In this document: positions 54,270-64,000 of the stretch, in pieces
How the letters are laid out: each line of letters opens with the position of its first letter
How positions within the stretch are numbered: the stretch's first letter is position 1
DNA from: Octopus vulgaris
Taxonomy: Eukaryota
DNA: 64,000 nucleotides
Assembly: GCA_951406725.2 (NCBI GenBank)
Contig: OX597826.1
Coordinates: 69,688,001 to 69,752,000 of the forward strand
Direction: 5' to 3'
The notes under the pieces: generated by a model
Database searches by the model: none
The model's input: the letters and a program-made list of their open reading frames with translations, nothing else
Told to the model about the DNA's origin: nothing
Program-made: the position numbers and the translations under genes

Positions 54270-55233
54270 ATATAATTTTAAAAAAAGTGGGAGGGCGAAA
54301 CAAAGGGTACCTGAAAACAAGAATTCCTTCTACAATAAGCTGAAGACCTGAAATTTAAGGGAAGAGGAAGTGGATTACATTAACCCCGGTACTTGACTGG
54401 CACGTATTTTATCGACCCTGAAAAAATAAAAAGCAAAGTCAACCTAAGCGTTATGTGAACTCAGAACATAAAGAGCCGCAAGAAAAGCTGTTAAGCACTT
54501 TGTTCGGCATGGAAACGATCCTGACGGTTCGTCGACTTTATTGCATGATATTATTGGTAATCTATATATATATTTGAAGTTGTCTGTGTATGGCAGGTTT
54601 GGTAGCCTTCAACTAACACTATCTCCTCCGAGACCCTGCGGCACAAGTTGACCAAAATTGAGAGTACGATAGAAGAAGGCTTGCTCTTCCTTCAGTAGAA
54701 GAAAAAATTCAAATCGGACCATGTTAACACCAAAAATTATTTACATCAAAAAGGTGCTTTTTTTCTATGAAAATCACTATTTTTTACGATTTTTTTTTTA
54801 CTGCTGTGTCGCCATTTTTCGGTGTATTTCAACCAAAAATTGTTCACTTAAAGAGTGAAATTTTACTTTTCAAAAATTCCAATTCTAAACGGTCGAAAAG
54901 AAAACAAACCCGAGCAACGCCGGGCGATACTTCTAGGATAATCTAAAAAAAAAGTAGGGGGCGAAACGAAGGGTTCCTGAAAATAAGAATTCGTTCTCCA
55001 ATAAGCTGAAGGCCTGAAATTTAAGGGATGAGGAAGTGGAGGACATTAACCCCGGTACTTGACTGGTACGTATTTTATCGACCCCGAAAAAAATTTTTAA
55101 AAAAGCAAAGTCAACCCCAGCGTTATGTGAACCCACAACATAAAGAACCGCAAGAAATGCTATTAAGCATTTTGTTCGTCATAGAAATGATCCTGGCAGT
55201 TGGTCAACTTTATTGCATGATATTATTGGTAAT
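54270..55233. repeat. About 290-bp tandem duplication separated by a Helitron
   Basis: 54270-54560 and 54938-55233 align along their length; both end ctttattgcatgatattattggtaa and contain an old inverted B SINE. Confidence 0.85.
54561..54936 (+). mobile_element. Non-autonomous Helitron, type 2
   Basis: A|TC start, cccgagcaacgccggg hairpin, CTAG end; paralog of 21782-22178. Confidence 0.85.
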
Positions 55234-55562
55234 ATGAAATATTTTTCAATAAAACGCACAAGAGAAACCAATTCATATTTAGTCTTTACAGTATAACCAT
55301 CATTTGCAATATTGAATATAGTCTTCATGCAAATACTCTACAATAAAAATTGCGCAATAAAAATCGTAGGATGATGTGGAATTGGATTTTACTTCACTCT
55401 TCCTACTATTCCTCCAAGCCATTGTTTATGTTTCATTCTACACACATATTTATTCATACACACATACACGAGCAACATTTCAGAAGTTTTGAGGCATTTT
55501 TAGGAGAGGCAGTTATAACTATTGTAGATTATTATAATTTTAGTATATCCTTTTTTATTTAT

Positions 55563-55843
55563 TTTATGCGCCCTTTTCAAGCCTAGCCAGGCTCATGAGC
55601 CCGGTTTCCCGGGTTCTGTGGCATATGTGTTCCCCCCTCCCCCCAGTTGGACGGGATGCCAGTCCATCGCAGCGTTACCCAAGAAACAGGAAGAAAGAGT
55701 GAGATAAATTACTCAACAGAGGTCGCCACCACCCCCTGGCATTTTCGCTCAATAGACACACACAACGCCCGGTCTCGGAATCGAAACCGCGATCCTCCGA
55801 CCACGAGTCCGCTGCCCTAACCACTGGGCCATTGCGCCTCCAC
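55563..55843 (-). mobile_element. SINE family C, subfamily 1
   Basis: Head gtggaggcgcaatggcccagtggttagggcagcggactcg; tail gagcctggctaggcttgaaaagggcgcat. Confidence 0.85.
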
Positions 55844-56055
55844 TTCCTGGTCATTCCATCCTGGCAACCACATTCTTGACAGGGATGGACAGTAAAACTG
55901 TCCCCCCTTTTCCTTGTGAATTATGATTGTTCCCCAAGCTGAAGAAGCTGAAAGAGGTTGTAGGAAGGTCCTGAACCCCTTCACTTTGAAGGAATTCAAT
56001 GTGGGCCTTCGGGAAGTGGATGGAGGGCCACAACAAGAGTACTGAAGAGTGAGAA

Positions 56056-56436
56056 TATTTACATTGTTTACATTTGACAGATATTTGTCCACATCTTGTT
56101 TGTTGTTAACACAACTTTTCGGCTGATATACCCTCCAGCCTTTATCAGGTTCTCATTCCTAAGGTATTTTTCGATATTATTGATGTTGTTGTTGTTGCTG
56201 CTGCTGTTGTTGTTGTTGTTGTTCAGGTCACTGCTTGAAATCGAACTCGGAATATTGGGATTAGTAGCCCGCGCTCTTAACCGCTACGCCACATGCCCGT
56301 AGGCGTGTGGCGTAGAGAGTATATCAGCCGAAACGTTGTGTTAACAACAAACAAGATGAGGACAAATATCCGACAAATGTAAATAATGTAAATACTGTAA
56401 ATAATGTACATAATTCCTCATCTCTTAAATATAGAA
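56056..56436. mobile_element. Inverted dimer of a tRNA-headed, hammerhead-motif-bearing SINE-like element
   Basis: 56056-56136 is the reverse complement of 56316-56394; minus-strand tRNA-Ser-like head at 56298-56230; hammerhead-like fold at 56148-56112. Confidence 0.65.
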
Positions 56437-56529
56437 CGGTGAGATTAGAGTTTTGTACTTCTTTGAAACTAATGTCTCTCCTGTAGAAGTCTCAAACCTT
56501 CTGGAATGAACCTTGTATACCTATCTATC

Positions 56530-56710
56530 TTCTTTTATCCTTTACTTGCTTCAATCACTGGACCATGTCCATACCAAGACTCCTCCATGAAAGGTTCTTA
56601 TTTTCAAGTCTGGCATTTATTTTGCCGGGCTTTTTGGTCGAACTTCTAAGTTGTGGGGATGGAAATTAACCAAAGACACTTATCAAACGATTGTGGGAGA
56701 CAAATATAAC

Positions 56711-56769
<59 letters not shown>

Positions 56770-56950
56770 ACACATGTATATATATATATGGGGTGGGGAG
56801 GTCTTCCACAGAGTTTCCATACATGAAATTCATTCACAAGGCCCGGATTAAAGTAAAACAATACACTTACCCCAAGATGACGCGTAATGGGACTGAACCC
56901 GAAACCATGTGATTGTAAAGCGAGTTCTTAACCACACAGCCATGCCTGTG
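56530..56950 (-). mobile_element. SINE family A, old diverged copy
   Basis: Head rc of ttaaccacacagccatgcctg and gggactgaaccc; internal (CA)n; degenerate tail. Confidence 0.7.
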
Positions 56951-58029
56951 CATATATATGTGTGTATGTGTGTGTCTGTGTCTGTGCGTTTGTGTATGTA
57001 CGTACATATATGCGATCATACAGGAAATTTGCAAGCCATCATTTTTAACTAATGTGTTTTCACAAAATAACACAATAAATCGAGAAGTTGAGAGAGATAC
57101 AAGAGTTTAATGTGTTTAAAATCATCTTTTTCTATGAAAAACGCAAACCTATTTATTGTATAAAATCATAAAATTTAAGCATTCACAGCTGCAAATAAAT
57201 CGGTCTTGTCATTCTTGTAATTCTCGGTTTTCGTCAAATTTTTCAATGTCAGGAGTGTTTCCAAACACCAGGTGACATTAGCAAAAGGTAGCATCAGTTT
57301 GGATAATCCAATTACCTTTGTTTTTTTAAATCTTTCTTAGTTCAATTGTCACTTCAGCGCTGGTGTAATTACTCAAGTGTGTTGAAATTGTGTTTTTTAA
57401 ACACGTATAGCGTAGAGATTGTCATCAAAATTTATTGTTCACATCTTCATACGGATTTGCATATTCTTACCAAAAAGCTCATGATGATCCAAAGAACAGT
57501 GAGGAAACCGATGACTAACGCCATTGGGTCTTTATTTGTCTTTGCTTGCTTTCTTTTGTTTTTTTATTCCTTTATATATATATTTATATATTTCCCTTTT
57601 TTTCCAGACAAATTTATCATAACTTGCTTAAATATCCAAAATCCGACACAAAAGGACTTCATTAAAGATAAATTTTCATATTACAATACACGAAGAATCA
57701 GATCGCAATGTATATATAAACAAGTATGTTCCATTTGTATCCACGCTAAAATATTTTCGAAAATTTTGTAGAATGTAGAGGAATTTGAGGGTTTTTTTTA
57801 AACTTCGTCTGTTTTTTTTTTTTATATATATTTTACTTGTACCACTTCGTGATTATTTTCGTTTTACACCAAGTCAATTTTTAATTCAACACACATTTAT
57901 ACATACATATAATAAACATATATAAATATAAATGTCTGTCTTTATGTACACATGTATACGTATGCATATGTTACTATATATGTGTGTGCGTGTAAGTGTT
58001 TAGGCGTGTGGGTTTGGATTTGTGTATGT

Positions 58030-58109
<80 letters not shown>

Positions 58110-59053
58110 TAATTGACAGGAAGTAGTTGTACAGTTAGTTATTGGTAATATCGAGGTTTTATAATCTATAATCACATATTTTGTTTTCGTTCTTGCTGGG
58201 TTCTTTTATATAATTTTTTCGCTTGTATAGTTGTTGTTTTTTTTTTTTGTTTGTTAATTCTAAACCACTACAGCATAATTCCTCATCAATTTTGTTGTTT
58301 GTTTGTTTGGTTTTTTTTTTCTTTCTAGAAATTCAAGTACATTGTCTCCAGAAATGAACCGGGCGACATATCATAATCTTTCAATTGAGTTCCTATGTAA
58401 TATTTATCGAAGACTGTTATGATGATAACGTCCGGGAAAACAAAGGCAGAGCCATCGAGTCTAAAGCAATAGAAAGTTTGATTCCTTAACAAAAGCCGAA
58501 GAGAGTCGAGAAAAATTGAAAATACAATAACAAAGTAAGAGCAATAATTAAACAATTCCACTTCACATTGTCTAAGATAGATTTTTAACAACGAAAAACT
58601 GATGCTACTGAAAAAGAGCAAATTTAAATCTGTCTTCTCCCAAAACAATATATGTTCAACAACGCTGAGAGCGAAAACGCTGCCTGCGCACACCACGTGG
58701 TGTACTTTCTCAAGTAGCCGTTAGAGATGTTATTTACGAATTGATTGTAAGGTGGCTGAATGAAGTATGGATGCGGAGAAATGTGGAGACGAAGGGAAGA
58801 GAAGAAATAAAATCTAGTAGAAGCCGTCGAACTTAAATCTCTCTCGGTATTCAATTGTGGTCGATATATTATGAGTTCAAGCACAAATCAAATTCGAGAG
58901 TGTAATGTTTGTTGCTGTTGTTGTTGTTGTTGTTGGTAGGTGTAATAGTGATGGTAAAGGCGGGAGTTGTAGGGGGGGGGTTGCCACAGGTTCGTTTTGA
59001 GCGAGAAGCTCTGTGGTTAGAACTGTTTCCAAACCTTTTCTTCAGACATAATA

Positions 59054-59609
59054 TCAGGTTGTCCGGAAAGTTCGTGCCGATTTTTAAAAGAAGGAAAAAG
59101 GTTAATAAATACTTGTCATTACCCAAGCTTTACCAGGTGCTCAGGAACGATGGATTTTGATAGGTTGAAAGGCTTTCTGCCAATTCTCAGGTTGTGCAAT
59201 ATGGGTTATTCTCCGTTAATGACTTGATTTGGTCATCATCTGTAGTGGTTGGTCTGTCTGATCGCTCTTTATCAATAAGGCTACAATCTCCAACTCGGAA
59301 CCTTGCGAACCATTTCCGTACAGTTCTTTCGGATAAATAAACATCACTGTAAACTGCACATATTTCTTTGGTTGCTTACGAAAAAGAAAAGCATCAATTG
59401 CTGAAAATGAACCTTCTTATCTTCCATTTTAAATGGTTACAAAATTAACACAGGTTATAGGAATATAAACCTTCATCCACGAAAAGATAGCTTAAACTGT
59501 GCTCTAAATGGAGGTGTAGGCAAGTCCTATTTTATGGACTCAACCATGTTCTAAAATAAGTCGAAATGTAAGCTACTATAATTCGGCACGAACTCTCCGA
59601 ACAACCCAA
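59054..59609 (-). mobile_element. Internally deleted mariner transposon, 556 bp, same family as 40171-40735
   Basis: Same TIR with a few mismatches, TA TSD; minus strand reads MEDKKVHFQQLML then ATKEICAVYSDVYLSERTVRKWFARFRVGDCSLIDKERSDRPTTTDDDQIKSL (HTH DNA-binding region). Confidence 0.92.
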
Positions 59610-59869
59610 TACATATCTAAAACTATTTTATCCAATGAAGCAACGTGGACTAAAGCGTGACTCGGTTGCAATTTCTCGTTCATATTTGGTTTATCTGCTC
59701 CTTCATCATTTCGGTGTGGTCAAGTACGTGGGGTATATCATTCTGCAATATACAGCTCCATCCAAATTTATTTCTTTGGTACCTTTGAATTATCTTCGGT
59801 ACCTCATTTTATGTGAAATTTGTCAAAATTATACGAAGGCGATTTTTTATATATGCGGGTTTCGTTCGT

Positions 59870-60242
59870 CGCCCTTTTCGAGCCTAGCCAGGCTCATAGG
59901 CCCGGTTTCCCGGTTTCTGTGGCGTATATGCCCCTTCCCTGCTGGACGGGACGCCAATCCATTGCAGCGTTACTCAAGAAACAGGAAGAGAGAGTGAGAG
60001 AGAGTGAGAGAAAGTTGTGGCTGGACGGGACTCCAGTCCATCGCAGCGTTATAGGAAGAAAGAGTGAGAGAAAGTTAGGGCTAAAGAGTACAACAGGGGT
60101 CGCCACCACCCCCTGCTGGAGCATCGTGGAGCTTTAGGTGTTTTCGCTCTATAAACACACACAACGCCCGATCTGGGAATCGAAACCGCGATCCTCCGAC
60201 CGCGAGTCCGCTGCCCTAACCACTGGGCCATTGCGCCTCCAC
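59870..60242 (-). mobile_element. SINE family C, subfamily 1, with an internal duplication of about 80 bp
   Basis: gctggacgggac...cagcgtta...agagtgagagaaagtt occurs twice (about 59941 and 60020). Confidence 0.85.
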
Positions 60243-60659
60243 ATATACGGGTTTAGGTAAACTATATTTCACTGATGAGTTGAAATGCACCGAAACATCA
60301 ATCCGTAGTTATTTCTGGCCTGCAAACAAAAATCGAATTATCTTTTGCTGAAGCAGGTAAATAACCTTGAGAAATTTGTTCCATAATTCTAAAAATTAGC
60401 TCCTCTTGCTATCTTAAAGTCATTAACAATTGCTGGTTGGTCTTTTGTTTCCGTCTTTGACGACTGAGAATTTCAATAAATTGAAAATTGAGAAAAACAA
60501 GACGATGCGATGATCGCAGCTTGATTACCGTCTACTCAATCGGAGTTAGCCAGAGGCTTAACATCAAGGACAAAATAATTCTCTGACAAGTGCTGTGTTT
60601 TAAAGTCATCAGCATCGTCTACTATCATCAACACTATCAACAACATCATCATCACCATA

Positions 60660-60870
60660 ATTTTCTTCTTCTTCTTCTTCTTCTTCTTTTCCTTTTTCTT
60701 TTTCTTTTTCTTTTTCTTTTTCTTTTTTTCTTCTTCTTCTTCTTCGTCTTCTTCTTCTTCTTCTTCTTTTTCTTTTTCTTTTTCTTTTTCTTTTTCTTCT
60801 TCTTTTTCTTCTTCTTCTTCTTCTTCTTCTTCTTCTTCTTCTTCTTCTTCTCCTCCTGTTTCTTCCTCTA
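60660..60870. repeat. (CTT)n/(CTTTTT)n tract
   Basis: Directly visible. Confidence 0.95.
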
Positions 60871-60967
60871 CTCTTCATGTTATAATTTTGATCACATCGA
60901 CTATACTTTATAGGAATTTGCATGCAACGACAGTATTTCTCGGATACTTGAAATGCACAGAGAAGGC

Positions 60968-61381
<414 letters not shown>

Positions 61382-63114
61382 GTACACCACACTAGAAATC
61401 TCTTCCTTGGTACTTATTTTAGAAATTTTCACACCTTTTATTAACTGCCAGATCGGTATTACGTGGAACATTAATTCCTAGTCGTACTTAATTACGAAAT
61501 TTTTACTGTTCCACTTTATTTCCACCGGAATTGCTTTTGTCTTCCACTCCTTGGAAAAGATCCAATATCGGTTAAAATTTATACCGAGTATCATGCAGGA
61601 TCCATTTTATACGACAGCTCCTTCCCGGTGACAAATTAATAGTTCCATATCTGCATTAAAATTTGAGAGTAATATTTAATGGCATTCAACAAAATCAGAA
61701 TAATAATAATAATAATAATAATAGTAATATACCACAACAATGGTTATAATTTCGAGCTCATTTTCTTATTTCGGTTTTTTTTAAAGACTAGTCCAAACTA
61801 GTTTACGACCGGTTAAAACTAGTTTATTTATATTGTCTAGATTTATGGTGCCATTTCGCACCTTTATCAACAATGGGCCAACACTATTTTATTTTATGGT
61901 TTTCAGTATTTTAGTTTTTTTGTTTTTTTTTAAAGTGCTAAATATAACACATCAAAATAACATTACAACTATTATATAAAATGAAAAACCATCAATAATA
62001 GACAAACAATATAACATGGCGGTTTCTTCTGTTGGCTGTCGGTTCACGTCACATATCGTCTGCTGCTTCTCCAGTTTATTTATTTTTTTTGTTTTTTGTT
62101 GTGCTTTTTTCCTTTTTATTACGTCTGGTTTCGTATGTCTCTGGTAGTATTTCTCCTACCAATCCCACTATTATATCCTCCATATTGTCAACCTCCCTCT
62201 TTCTTTCTCCGTCTCTTTAAATGTATGTTTGTGTATATATATATATATATATATATATGCATACACTCATAATATATTACATATTCCATACTCCTTTTCT
62301 TTCTGTCTTTCATTGCCTCTCTCTGTCTCTCTCTTTCTTCCCGTGTCTCTATCACTGTTTTCTTTCCCTCATTGTCCCTCTCTCTCTCTCTGACACACAC
62401 ACACACAAATACATATACACAGATACCTATACACATACATACACACACACACACTCATACATGAAAGAACTCTCTTACGCACATGTATATGCACATATAC
62501 ATACAGACACACAGAATATCACTCTCATAAACACACGTTTGTACACAAACATGCAACACATACACTTTATACAAACACACACACACACACACACATCTAC
62601 ACACTAAACAAACACATCCACACACAAGACACATCCTATTAATTCTCTAATATACGATGTCAGTTTTGGTTTGTCCAACGTTAGTTCATGTTCATCCTTT
62701 AATAAACACAACCATCTCCTCCAAAAGTCACTTTGCTCAGCTATTACGTCTGCTTCACATTATCTATCGTCTGCCTCATACAACTGCCTCTAATGTCTGA
62801 CAATAACTGACACAACTTACAAGAACACCTACAGGTTATCTTCTCACCTTTGCTGCACCTTGAATGCCATCGGCTACGACAATAATTCTGTAGAGTAGGG
62901 CTGTAATTTCTCCGATGCTTCTCTTCATTTTTTTTCTTTTTTTAGCTGTTTTTGTTGCTTTTTATTTGCAATATGGTGGCAAAGTTCTTCCATTTATGGA
63001 TATTATTATTTCTATAAGATGGCTGCATCGTTATTTTCATATCTTTTTCTATTGTTCCTATCTTTTTTTTTTATTCATATATATTTTTTTTTTACCTATC
63101 GATAGCTGTTATCG

Positions 63115-63172
63115 TTCTCATCATCATTAACATCAACACTGTCAGCATCCATATCTTCATCTTTGTCGTCAT

Positions 63173-63225
<53 letters not shown>

Positions 63226-63316
63226 CTATCATCCCCATTTTTACTATGATCATTGTTACTATCACATCCGTCGTCATCGTCCACCTCTTCCTCTCCATCA
63301 TCATCATCTTCGTAAT

Positions 63317-63349
<33 letters not shown>

Positions 63350-63588
63350 TCCCCTTCATACCTCTTCTTTTTCTTCTCCCCCTCTCTCTCCTCCCCCACT
63401 TCCCCCCATCCTTTATCCTCGTCATTATCATCATTATCATCATTACCACCTCCACCACCATGGCAATAATGATAATCCTCCTCTTCGTGCTCAACCTCAT
63501 CGCCATCACCATCAGCTGCATCTTCCCACTTCTTCTTTTCTTTCCGTTACTCACTCCTTCACATATCGCTCCTCGCCCTACTACTCTT

Positions 63589-63639
<51 letters not shown>

Positions 63640-63778
63640 CATCCATCAGACATCATCATCACTATGTCTAACATCTATAAATCCATCTCCTTTCTGCTTC
63701 CGCTCGTATTTATTACACCTTCCCTCCATCCGTCGTCATCGTCCTCCTCCTCCTCCTCCTCTCCATCATCATCTTCGT

Positions 63779-63812
<34 letters not shown>

Positions 63813-64000
63813 GTCATAATCATCGTCACAATCATCTTCACCGTCACCGCCGTTTTAGTCTTTAGTCTTTAGTCTTGAGTCGTTCTTCTTTAGTCTTTAG
63901 TCTTTAGTCGTTCTTCTGATATTCCACATATAATCATATTTTCATTCCTCTCCTTGCTCTTCTTCCTCCTCTTCTTCTTCCTCTCCACCCCATCCTCGCT
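63115..64000. repeat. (CAT)n, (CT)n, (CCT)n and (TTTAGTC)n low-complexity region
   Basis: Directly visible. Confidence 0.85.

Noticed and set aside
55850-56045. Very decayed mariner-like LFPKLK fragment
   Set aside because: Only a short motif with stops and no TIRs; too weak to call.
56225-56298. Functional tRNA-Ser gene (and tRNA calls for the other SINE heads)
   Set aside because: No acceptor stem or long variable arm, and it continues into element body sequence; treated as a SINE head.
60272-60300. CTGATGA...GAAAC hammerhead-like motif
   Set aside because: The core is intact, but stem II has a mismatch and no convincing stem I forms; there is no second copy in the window.
62010-62150. 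AACATGGCGG YY1-like motif or start codon with a 43-codon hydrophobic ORF
   Set aside because: A single short motif; the hydrophobicity comes from T-runs and no clear donor site is present.

Overview
Eukaryotic, AT-rich, almost entirely repetitive DNA. The SINE families and microsatellite load resemble octopus/cephalopod genomes (recognition from memory, not a database search). No host protein-coding gene can be called with confidence; nearly all ORFs in the track are translations of simple repeats. The window holds dozens of tRNA-headed SINEs from at least four families (A-D here, working names), including B multimers and C/D chimeras. It also holds three non-autonomous Helitrons, two internally deleted mariner copies, a hAT-like MITE, a foldback MITE carrying a captured Tc1/mariner transposase fragment, L1/Tx1 and RLE-LINE remnants, a 4.6 kb 35-bp satellite and several compound minisatellites. 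The most interesting signals are (i) a tRNA-Ser-like-headed element ending in a hammerhead-ribozyme motif, arranged as a head-to-head inverted dimer (56.05-56.44 kb), and (ii) a dispersed family of Penelope-type minimal hammerheads with compensatory stem I changes.
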